Positions 19,767 to 28,162 of a stretch of 64,000 nt of DNA are shown here, one piece after another. Under the pieces are notes generated by a model. It saw nothing but the letters and a program-made list of their open reading frames with translations. It was not told where the DNA came from and made no database searches. Origin of the DNA: Candidatus Hydrogenedentota bacterium (GTDB lineage Bacteria; Hydrogenedentota; Hydrogenedentia; Hydrogenedentales; SLHB01); assembly GCA_045863295.1 (NCBI GenBank), contig BTWA01000032.1:8144-72143 (forward strand). Direction: 5' to 3'. The translations under genes and the position numbers were made by a program. Positions within the stretch are counted from its first letter, which is position 1, and each line of letters begins with the position of its first letter.

Positions 19767-22454
19767 TCAATGCACGGGATCGCGCCGGGGTTGCAGCAGT
19801 TTCGCGATGAGTCCAGTCCAGCCGGTTTGTTGAAGCGCGCCGAGGCCTTTGCCGTTTTCTCCGTGAAAGTATTCGCTGAAGAACAGATAATCGCGGAAGT
19901 GCGGGTCCTCCTGCAGCAGCGAATAATCGCCAAATACCGCACGTTTTCCGCCGGAGTCCCGCAGAAAAATCCTGGCCAGTCTCCGGCTGAGTTCCTCTGC
20001 GGCGCCAAAAATCGTGGTGTACTTACCGGAACCCGCCGGACATTCGATCTTGAAATCGTCGCCGTAATAGTGGTGAAAACGCTGAAGCGATTCAATGAGC
20101 AGATAGTTGACCGGGAACCAAATAGGACCCCGCCAATTGGAATTGCCGCCGAAGAGTCCGGAGTCCGACTCGCCCGGTTGATACCGGACTTGAAGCGTGT
20201 CCCCGTTGACATGAAAAACATAGGGATCGTTGTGGTGGTGCCGTGACAGCGCGCGCACGCCGTAATCGGACAAGAATTCATGGGGATCGAGCATGCGGCG
20301 CAAGAGACATTTCATGCGATGGCCGCGGAGCAACGAAAGCAGGCGGCGTTCGCCCCGTCCGGGCTCGTTCCAGCGTGACACCAGGTTGGCCAATTCCGGC
20401 CGGTTGGTGAGACACCACTCAAGTCTCCGTGTGAACTCGGGCGCATGTTCGAGTAGTTCCGGTTCCAGCGTTTCCACCGCGAATAGCGGGATGAGCCCCA
20501 CCATGGAGCGAATCTTCAACGGCACCGTGTGACCATTGGGCAGGTGCAATGCGTCGTAGTAGAACTCGTCTTCCTCGTCCCATAACCCCACGCCTTCGTG
20601 ACCCATGTTGGTCATGGCGTAGGCGATGAACAGAAAATGTTCGAAGAATTTCGATGCGACATCCTGATACACCGGATTGTGGAGCGAGAGTTCCAGCGCG
20701 ATGCGCATCATGTTCAGACAATACATGCCCATCCAACTGGTGCCGTCCGCCTGCACAATGTGTCCGCCGGTGGGCAGTGGTCTGCTGCGATCGAATACCC
20801 CGATATTGTCCAAGCCGAGAAAGCCTCCCTGAAACACGTTGTGCCCCATGGGGTCTTTGCGGTTCACCCACCAGGTGAAATTGAGCAGGAGCTTGTGATA
20901 CACGCGCTCCAGAAACTCGAGGTCTCCTTTGTCGCCGCGATGCTTTCGATCCATTTGAAACACGCGCCAGGTGGCCCACGCATGTACCGGCGGATTCACA
21001 TCGCTGAAGTTCCATTCGTACGCCGGCAATTGGCCGTTGGGATGCATGTACCATTCGCGCGTGAGCATCACGAGTTGATGCTTTGCGAATTCGGGATCGA
21101 GCATTGCCAGCGGCAGCGTGTGAAAGGCGAGATCCCATGCCGCGTACCACGGATATTCCCACTTGTCCGGCATGGACAGAATGCCCGCGTTGTTCAAGTG
21201 TTCCCAGTCTTCGTTCCGGCCCAGTTCAATGCGTTCCGGCGGGGGTGGAGGATTGGGATCGCCCGCGATCCACCTTGCCACGTCGTATTCGTAATACTGT
21301 TTGCTCCACAGCATGCCTGCCAGTGCCTGCCGCTGCACGAGGCAAGCGTCGCGATCACTGAGGCCTTCCTGCAAGTGCAGGTAGTAGGCATCCGCTTCCG
21401 CGCTCCGCTGATCGAACACGGTGCCGGCATCCTCAAACGGATTGGCAATGGCACACGGGCTCAGGCGCACATGGACGGTCGCGCTTGCGCCTCCTTGAAT
21501 TTCCAAGCGGCGCCACGCGGCGCATTTTGTGCCGGTGTTGGCGGGGTTTACCGCATTCGAACAGCCGCGCACAACCCGGTCATGAATGGCATCCTTGGGA
21601 AATGGCGACTTGTTCGGGACGTCGTACAACCGCTGCACGTTGGTCTCGTTATCGCAGAAGAGCCATTGCGGATTGCCGTCACAATACATGCGTCGTCCGT
21701 TCATTGCGGCATGCTTGACCTCGACGGACCGGTCTCTCGCAAGGTCGAGCGACGGAACTTCCTCCGGGTCGCCCCAGGCCCACGTGTTGCGGAACCAGAG
21801 GTGTGGCAGCACGTGAATCTCCGCCGTTTCGTGCCCGCGATTATGTATGGTAATGCGGGCGGCGATGTCGTCGTGCGTGTATTTGGCGTACTCGATGAAT
21901 ACGTCGAAGTAACGGCCGTTCTCGAACAGTCGCGTGTCTATCAACTCGTATTCAGGTTCCGTCCGGCTCCGATGCTGATTCTCCAGCACCAGTTCTTCGT
22001 AGGGAAAGGGCTGTTGCGGGTACTTGTAGAGCATTTTCATGTAGGCATAACTGGGCACCGCATCCAGATAGTAATAAAGCTCCTTGACGTCCTCGCCGTG
22101 GTTGCCTTCCGAATTCGTGAGTCCGAACAGGCGTTCTTTCAAGATCCTGTCGCGTCCATTCCACAAGGCGATTGCAAAGCACAAGGTCTGTTTGTCGTCA
22201 CATAGGCCGGCCAGGCCGTCTTCGCCCCAACGATAGGCCCGGCTGCGCGCCATGTCGTGCGTGAAATACCCCCAGGCATCGCCATCCGCGCTGTAGTCTT
22301 CGCGCACAGTGCCCCATTGGCGTTCGCTGAGGTAAGGACCCCACTGGGTCCACGGTGCGTGCTTCCCTCGCATTTGAGCGATACGGTCGAGTTCAGCCGT
22401 TGCTTTACCGGACCGTGGCATTGCGGACTTTTTGGACAGGGTTCGTTTAGGCAA
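19767..22454 (-). CDS. MGH1/GH63-like glucosidase
   Basis: WGPYLSERQWGTVREDYS, SMPDKWEYPWYAAWDLAFH, GGNSNWRGPIWFP, EYFHG...QTGWT. Confidence 0.92.
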   Translation of the reverse strand: MPKRTLSKKSAMPRSGKATAELDRIAQMRGKHAPWTQWGPYLSERQWGTVREDYSADGDAWGYFTHDMARSRAYRWGEDGLAGLCDDKQTLCFAIALWNGRDRILKERLFGLTNSEGNHGEDVKELYYYLDAVPSYAYMKMLYKYPQQPFPYEELVLENQHRSRTEPEYELIDTRLFENGRYFDVFIEYAKYTHDDIAARITIHNRGHETAEIHVLPHLWFRNTWAWGDPEEVPSLDLARDRSVEVKHAAMNGRRMYCDGNPQWLFCDNETNVQRLYDVPNKSPFPKDAIHDRVVRGCSNAVNPANTGTKCAAWRRLEIQGGASATVHVRLSPCAIANPFEDAGTVFDQRSAEADAYYLHLQEGLSDRDACLVQRQALAGMLWSKQYYEYDVARWIAGDPNPPPPPERIELGRNEDWEHLNNAGILSMPDKWEYPWYAAWDLAFHTLPLAMLDPEFAKHQLVMLTREWYMHPNGQLPAYEWNFSDVNPPVHAWATWRVFQMDRKHRGDKGDLEFLERVYHKLLLNFTWWVNRKDPMGHNVFQGGFLGLDNIGVFDRSRPLPTGGHIVQADGTSWMGMYCLNMMRIALELSLHNPVYQDVASKFFEHFLFIAYAMTNMGHEGVGLWDEEDEFYYDALHLPNGHTVPLKIRSMVGLIPLFAVETLEPELLEHAPEFTRRLEWCLTNRPELANLVSRWNEPGRGERRLLSLLRGHRMKCLLRRMLDPHEFLSDYGVRALSRHHHNDPYVFHVNGDTLQVRYQPGESDSGLFGGNSNWRGPIWFPVNYLLIESLQRFHHYYGDDFKIECPAGSGKYTTIFGAAEELSRRLARIFLRDSGGKRAVFGDYSLLQEDPHFRDYLFFSEYFHGENGKGLGALQQTGWTGLIAKLLQPRRDPVH

Positions 22455-22605
22455 TGGTCATCCCCTTTACCGTATTTCACACTAACGGGAGGGGTAAGAT
22501 CGAACCGGCCTCAATGGTGGTCATATTTACCCTTGGAGACAAGATCAGTATGCTAAGTCGAGCAGACCGCGAAATCATCGGTTAGACGGTCACCTGGGAC
22601 AAGCC

Positions 22606-23319
22606 ATGCTGGTTTCAGTAGTCACGCTTTCGGTTTACATTATTGCCGCCTACTGCGCTACCGGAATTGTTGTAGCGTTGTGCCTGCACGCGCGCGGTCT
22701 TGCCAAGGTTGACCCAGGGACGCGCGGTGCGAGCGTCCTTTTCCGGCTGCTGATTACTCCAGGGCTGGTTGCCCTTTGGCCGGTTTTCGCATTGAAGTGG
22801 CGCAGGGCGGTTTGCGGCTCGCTGAACATGGAGCCCGCGGCGCCTGTACCTCTGCATCGACTCCGGGTTCTTCATGGCGCTGCAATTCAGCTTCTGGCTG
22901 TAATGACGCCTATTATGGCAGGAGCGGCTATCTACTATCGGCCGCCCGTACCCATACGCGCTGCGCTCCCTGCCGGGGCGGTCACAACATCCTTGCCGGG
23001 CGAATTCCACGCTGTTGCTGTTAACACAATCGTAGACAGTGACACGTCAGTTGAACTGATGTCCGACGGGGCGCAACTCTTTTTGTGTGTAAAGAGCCGG
23101 CGGGATTGGACGATTGGACTTGCCGGACTGTACTGGTCACCGACTGCGGACGAAGAAGAAACACCTGCGCGGCCGATTTTTCTGGGAACGTATTCTGGTG
23201 AGGACAGACGATACTACCGGATCCCTACCACGTCGCCGGGTGGAATTCTGCACGTGTATTCATTTCGTGAGGCGGATTTTGTAGACAAGGTCCGGCTCGC
23301 TAGCCGCGCTGACGAATAA
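22606..23319 (+). CDS. Hypothetical membrane protein preceding the ferric reductase-Rieske gene
   Basis: N-terminal TM segments with VDP...FRLLI.PG..LWP, then a further TM and a soluble domain. Confidence 0.7.
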   Translation: MLVSVVTLSVYIIAAYCATGIVVALCLHARGLAKVDPGTRGASVLFRLLITPGLVALWPVFALKWRRAVCGSLNMEPAAPVPLHRLRVLHGAAIQLLAVMTPIMAGAAIYYRPPVPIRAALPAGAVTTSLPGEFHAVAVNTIVDSDTSVELMSDGAQLFLCVKSRRDWTIGLAGLYWSPTADEEETPARPIFLGTYSGEDRRYYRIPTTSPGGILHVYSFREADFVDKVRLASRADE

Positions 23320-23329
23320 GGGCGTATTC

Positions 23330-25162
23330 GTGTCGACACACTACAAAAGCGTTCATTGGAACCGGCAAAAGCGGACGTACGATACGACGATCGCCTATTC
23401 CGTATTCCTGTGCATGTGTGTCTACATGGTGGCTTCCGTGATAATGAATCCGATGCTGACGGTCGAAACGCTGATCCTGCGCGGCACTTCCCTCACCGCC
23501 TTCGTCTTGTTGCACGTGATACTCTGCATTGGGCCGTTGGCCCGGTTGCGTCCTCGATACATTCCGTGGCTGTACAACCGCCGTCACTTGGGCGTAACGA
23601 TGTTTCTGTTGGCGATCGTACACGGTGTTTTCGCCATGATTCAGTTCCATGCGCTGGGCGACGAGAACCCGATAGTCAGCATATTCACCGCCTATCGCCG
23701 GGATTATTGGCCGGTGGATGGGGTTCCTCATTGGGTCGCGCAGTTTCCCTTCGAGCCCTTTGGGTTCTTTGCACTTGTCATTCTTTTTCTAATGGCGGCA
23801 ACGAGCCACGATTTCTGGTTGCGCAACCTGGGCGCTGTGTATTGGAAACTGATGCACATGGGCGTGTACTGCGCCTATGGGATGATCCTTGTGCATGTAG
23901 CGTACGGCGTGCTGCAGTCGGAACGCAGCCCGCTGTATGTGGCGCTGATTGCGACAGGATTTATTGCTGTTGTGGGACTGCATCTTGCCGCGTGGCGAAA
24001 AGAAGGGAAAACCGACGCCGGGACGGAAGGCGAGGTCCACCCCGATGGGTATGTGTTTGCGTGTGAGGTCAACGCGCTCAAGGAGGGAAGGGGCAAGATC
24101 GTCAAAGTGAGTGGCGTGCGTCTGGCGGTTTTTCTGTATCAAGGCCGCGTGCATGCCGTGTCCAACGTGTGCCGCCACCAAGGCGGCCCTATCGGTGAGG
24201 GACGCATCCTGGACGACGGCTGTATCACGTGTCCCTGGCACGGTTGGCAGTACAAGCCGGATACCGGAACGAGCCCGCCGCCCTTCGCGGAGGTCATACC
24301 GACTTACAATGTCCGCGTGGAACACGGGCGTGTGCTCGTGCATCCGTTACCCAACGCTCTGGGCAGTGTTTGTATGGGCGCGCCGGCCATCGAATATGAG
24401 AATGCCGCGCTGTTGCCGGAGCCATTCTTCGTCGGATACCGGCAAACCGCGCCGAGTTACCTTGCGCGTTTTGACAAAGGGCGCTACTTAGTTCTAACGG
24501 CATGTTTGTCGGCGATTGTATTCACGATTTCAATGGCGCAGTCGCAGGCCGATCACGGCAAGTTTGAGTTTGGCGTGGTGAAGCCGTTTCACGGGGTAAT
24601 TTCGGAGCAGCCCGTACCCATGATTCATCTTTCCGCACCCATGGGAAAAGCCGTCAGTGCCATACTCGTCAATGCAGGCAAGTGGGGTGCGCCGGAATAC
24701 GTGCGAGGCAGCCATGGCCACATGGTTCAATTCAACGGTACTCTGATTTATCGCGATGGTCTGGTAATGGTTGAGATGAACGATCCTGAGTCGTTCAAGA
24801 AACTGGATGCAGCCACAATCAGCGCCGGGATACCGAGTGTCGAAGTGCTGGGGAATACGACGATCACGGGCGAACTTGTCGATACCAAATGTTTTCTTGG
24901 GGTCATGAGGCCTGCCACGGGAAAAGTGCACCGGGCCTGTGCCGTTCGTTGTCTGAGCGGCGGCATACCGCCCGGCGTTCTGGTACGTGGAGCCGATGGA
25001 GAGACCTTCGTATGCGTGCTCGCGGGCGACGACGGCGCGGCACTTGACATCGATCCGCAGTGGGCCGCGCTCGATGTGCGTGCGGAAGGGCGGTTGGAAA
25101 TGCACGACGGTTTACCGATTCTTCGGGTGAAGACGCTCAGGCTTGTTGCCGAGTCACCATGA
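23330..25162 (+). CDS. Ferric reductase-like TM domain + Rieske 2Fe-2S + Cys/His-rich C-terminal domain fusion
   Basis: RRHLG...HG...ATSHD...H...H heme-b pattern, Rieske CRHQGG/CPWHG, C-terminal DTKC...HRACAVRC. Confidence 0.85.
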   Translation: MSTHYKSVHWNRQKRTYDTTIAYSVFLCMCVYMVASVIMNPMLTVETLILRGTSLTAFVLLHVILCIGPLARLRPRYIPWLYNRRHLGVTMFLLAIVHGVFAMIQFHALGDENPIVSIFTAYRRDYWPVDGVPHWVAQFPFEPFGFFALVILFLMAATSHDFWLRNLGAVYWKLMHMGVYCAYGMILVHVAYGVLQSERSPLYVALIATGFIAVVGLHLAAWRKEGKTDAGTEGEVHPDGYVFACEVNALKEGRGKIVKVSGVRLAVFLYQGRVHAVSNVCRHQGGPIGEGRILDDGCITCPWHGWQYKPDTGTSPPPFAEVIPTYNVRVEHGRVLVHPLPNALGSVCMGAPAIEYENAALLPEPFFVGYRQTAPSYLARFDKGRYLVLTACLSAIVFTISMAQSQADHGKFEFGVVKPFHGVISEQPVPMIHLSAPMGKAVSAILVNAGKWGAPEYVRGSHGHMVQFNGTLIYRDGLVMVEMNDPESFKKLDAATISAGIPSVEVLGNTTITGELVDTKCFLGVMRPATGKVHRACAVRCLSGGIPPGVLVRGADGETFVCVLAGDDGAALDIDPQWAALDVRAEGRLEMHDGLPILRVKTLRLVAESP

Positions 25163-25168
25163 AAATCG

Positions 25169-25972
25169 TTATGTGTTGCGAAGGTTTCCGAGAATCAACG
25201 CCACGAAAAAGCAGCCGGCCTGAAACAGGATGATCGCGGGTCCCGGCGGCAGCGAAAAGGCGTACGATATCCAAAGACCGGCTACCGCGCTCGTCATCCC
25301 CAGTGCGACGGAAAGCAGTGTCATGCCGGAAAACGTTTTGGTTACCAGCCTTGCTGCGGCGGCGGGAATCACGGGAAATGCCGCTATCAACAAGATTCCA
25401 ACCACCTTAATCGACACCACGATGATGACGGCAATAAACGCGGACAAAATGTAATCGTCCTTGCCGGTTTGGATGCCGTCCGACTTTGCGAGACTGGGAT
25501 CGAACGTGGCATAGGCCCACCGGCCCCAATAGGGAAAAAGAGCTACAGTGGCGGCGACGAGCACTCCGATTATGGCAATGTCACCGGCTTTGACCGTCAG
25601 CAGCGAACCGAACAACACACCAAACGCGTCGCCTGCGTACCCTTCCGTGTAGTAAAGCAGGATGATGCCAAACGCCATGGACACGGCGAAGAAGATTCCG
25701 ATGGCGGTATCGTGACGCAACGGCGTCTTATCGCGTACCCAGACGATGGCCAAGGCCACCGCCACGGTAAACGGCACGGCGATCCACAGCGGTTCCGTTT
25801 GCAACCACAGGCCAAGAGCCACACCGCCGAACGCGGCGTGCGCCAATCCACTACCCAGGAATCCCAAACCGCGCTGCACGACAAACGGCCCGACGTAACT
25901 TGCCAGAAAACCGACCAGCAGGCCCGCGACGAGGGCCCGTTGCATGAATGGATAGCCCAACATCTCAACCAT
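25169..25972 (-). CDS. znuB: Zn/Mn ABC transporter permease
   Basis: FMQRAL, LAHAAFGGVALG, DTAIGI, LFGS, KVVGILLI. Confidence 0.88.
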   Translation of the reverse strand: MVEMLGYPFMQRALVAGLLVGFLASYVGPFVVQRGLGFLGSGLAHAAFGGVALGLWLQTEPLWIAVPFTVAVALAIVWVRDKTPLRHDTAIGIFFAVSMAFGIILLYYTEGYAGDAFGVLFGSLLTVKAGDIAIIGVLVAATVALFPYWGRWAYATFDPSLAKSDGIQTGKDDYILSAFIAVIIVVSIKVVGILLIAAFPVIPAAAARLVTKTFSGMTLLSVALGMTSAVAGLWISYAFSLPPGPAIILFQAGCFFVALILGNLRNT

Positions 25973-26720
25973 GTCCGTTGCCCTTGAGATGCGTTTTTTT
26001 GAGATGCCCCGCATGCCCAAACACGTGCAGCATCCGCTGTTCTTCCAAGGCGATGTCGGGCGTGTCAAACGCGACTACCGCCCGATTCATCAACAAGACG
26101 TGGGATGCGTGGTAGCGAGCCCCTTCCCAATCATGCGTGACCATGATGACGGTTGTATTGTGATCCTTCTGATACGCTTCGAGGATGTGGTACAACTCGG
26201 CCTCGCCCGCCATATCCATGCCCGCCGCCGGTTCGTCGAGAATAATGATACGCGGATTCCGCACCAGGCTACGCGCCAGATAGACCCGCTGCATTTCGCC
26301 GCCGGACAGTTGCCGGACTGGACGCGTTGCCACGTGCGCGGCGCCCACCCGTTTAAGCATGGCCATGGACTGATCCGCCTCCGGCCCACGCAGACGCCAC
26401 GGCCAACGCCGGCGAAGTCCCGTTGCCACGAGTTCGATGGCCAACGCGGGAAACGTGCGATCCATGGTCTTTAATTGCGGTACGAAGCCCAACCACTCCG
26501 CCGGATACTCGCCGGGCAATTGGCCAAAAATGCGCACTTCTCCGGACGTGGGACGGGTCAACCCTACGAGAATATTGAGAAGCGTGGATTTCCCCGCTCC
26601 GTTGGGTCCAACCACTGCCGTGAACGTTCCCGCCGGTACGCTGAGATTGATATTGTCCAAGGCGCTGAAATCGCCATAACGGAGGGCAACTTGCTTTATG
26701 GAAACCGCCATTTCACTCAT
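25965..26720 (-). CDS. znuC: Zn/Mn ABC transporter ATPase
   Basis: GPNGAGKST, GFVPQ, LSGGEMQR, LDEP, VTHD. Confidence 0.88.
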   Translation of the reverse strand: MSEMAVSIKQVALRYGDFSALDNINLSVPAGTFTAVVGPNGAGKSTLLNILVGLTRPTSGEVRIFGQLPGEYPAEWLGFVPQLKTMDRTFPALAIELVATGLRRRWPWRLRGPEADQSMAMLKRVGAAHVATRPVRQLSGGEMQRVYLARSLVRNPRIIILDEPAAGMDMAGEAELYHILEAYQKDHNTTVIMVTHDWEGARYHASHVLLMNRAVVAFDTPDIALEEQRMLHVFGHAGHLKKTHLKGNGHG

Positions 26721-27640
26721 GAAAGAGCCTCCGCCAACACTTTTGCGTTGTATCGAATCAAGTCGGAATAGGTGTTGCGTCCTTCAATTCCGCCGTTTGG
26801 ATCCAATTCGTAAAGCGGAACGTCCAGCGATTCCGCCAACACTTCCGCATTGCGTCGAGGTAACTGCGGTTCTGTAAATAATACGCGCGTATGGGCCGCC
26901 TGGGCTTGATCGATGAGGTTCTTTAAATCGCGTGCGGAAGGCTCCTTGCCGGGGGAAGGCTCGATCACTCCGGTAACCGTCAGACCGTACCGGTGCAACA
27001 AATAGCCCATGGAAGGATGCATCAAGACCACGCCCGCGCCCCGCACCGGCGCCAGAACAACCTCCAATTCGCCATGCAATGCATCCAGTTCCTGGGCAAA
27101 TGCAATCGCGTTGGAGCGATAAACGGCCTCACCCTCGGGATCGGTGTCGGCTAGCGCTTTGACAAGTGCGGGCAATGTGGCCTTCACCATGACGGGGTCC
27201 ATCCAGAAGTGCGGGTCGTCCCCTGCGTGGGAGTGGTCGTGATCGTGGTCTTCATGCGCGGCAAGTGCATCGTCAAACGACAAACGCAACTCCTTCGGCG
27301 TGAGCGCGTACACTTCCACCCGGGTTGCCGACGGCAATTGCGACGCCCATCCGTCCAGAGCGGCATCGGTAAAGAATAGACAGCGCGACTCTTCCGACAC
27401 CCGGATATCCCTGGGTAATGGCGTATAGGTATGCGGCGAATCTTTGGCAGACAACAGTACATGCACCTTGGCGCGGCCCTCCGTCAATTCGCGCACGATG
27501 AATCCCAGAGGCTGCACAGTGCAAACGAATCCTGTACCGCCGGGACTTGGACTGGTACAGCTGGACGCGAAACATAGTGCCAAGACGACACCAAGGTGCA
27601 GCCGAGGGCTCTGAAGGGGAAGTTTCGGCATTTGCATCAC
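26717..27640 (-). CDS. znuA: Zn/Mn ABC substrate-binding lipoprotein
   Basis: SPHTY, His-rich loop HEDHDHDHSH, DPHFWMDP, PGKEPS. Confidence 0.9.
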   Translation of the reverse strand: MMQMPKLPLQSPRLHLGVVLALCFASSCTSPSPGGTGFVCTVQPLGFIVRELTEGRAKVHVLLSAKDSPHTYTPLPRDIRVSEESRCLFFTDAALDGWASQLPSATRVEVYALTPKELRLSFDDALAAHEDHDHDHSHAGDDPHFWMDPVMVKATLPALVKALADTDPEGEAVYRSNAIAFAQELDALHGELEVVLAPVRGAGVVLMHPSMGYLLHRYGLTVTGVIEPSPGKEPSARDLKNLIDQAQAAHTRVLFTEPQLPRRNAEVLAESLDVPLYELDPNGGIEGRNTYSDLIRYNAKVLAEALS

Positions 27641-27718
27641 GTTGCCCGCGATTTTGACCCATTTTCGGAGAGTTAAGTGCGTTTGGTATACTGAACCCGC
27701 TCAGTGCCCACAGTGTAG

Positions 27719-27744
27719 TTTAATGAGAACCGGATTTCAATAAA
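27719..27744. promoter_or_regulatory. Fur-family (Zur-like) palindromic operator between the divergent znuA and fur genes
   Basis: TTTAATGAGAACCGGATTTCAATAAA matches its reverse complement at 20/26 positions. Confidence 0.7.
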
Positions 27745-27754
27745 GGATAACGTA

Positions 27755-28132
27755 GTGCTGCGAGACACCTCCCAGCGAAGGGCCATACGGCAGACGTTTC
27801 TCGATGCCGGGCGCCCCCTGAGTCCGCAGGAAGTCCTTGATGCGTCTAAAGATGCTGTACCCAACATGGGCATCGCGACGGTGTATCGGAATGTCAAGAA
27901 CCTGACCGAAGAAGGCTGGTTGGTACCGGTGGAATTGCCCGGAGAACCTCCGCGTTACGAAGTATCTGGCAAAGAACATCACCATCATTTCAGTTGCAGG
28001 GTTTGCGGAGGCGTGTATGAATTGGAGGGATGTCCCGGTAATCTGTCAAAGATTGTGCCAACGGGCTACAAACTGGAACGCCACGAACTGGTTCTATACG
28101 GACTGTGCAACTCCTGCAACGGGCGCAAGTAG
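27755..28132 (+). CDS. Fur-family metal-responsive regulator (Zur-like)
   Basis: TSQRRAI, GIATVYRN, HHHHFSCRVC, C-terminal YGLCNSC. Confidence 0.92.
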   Translation: MLRDTSQRRAIRQTFLDAGRPLSPQEVLDASKDAVPNMGIATVYRNVKNLTEEGWLVPVELPGEPPRYEVSGKEHHHHFSCRVCGGVYELEGCPGNLSKIVPTGYKLERHELVLYGLCNSCNGRK

Positions 28133-28162
28133 TGGGTCTTGGGTCTCTGCCATGGGGTCCCC

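Noticed and set aside
19350..22205. Long ORFs 19350-20246 and 20598-22205 on the + strand
   Set aside because: These are antisense shadows of the well-supported glucosidase gene, which is typical of high-GC DNA.
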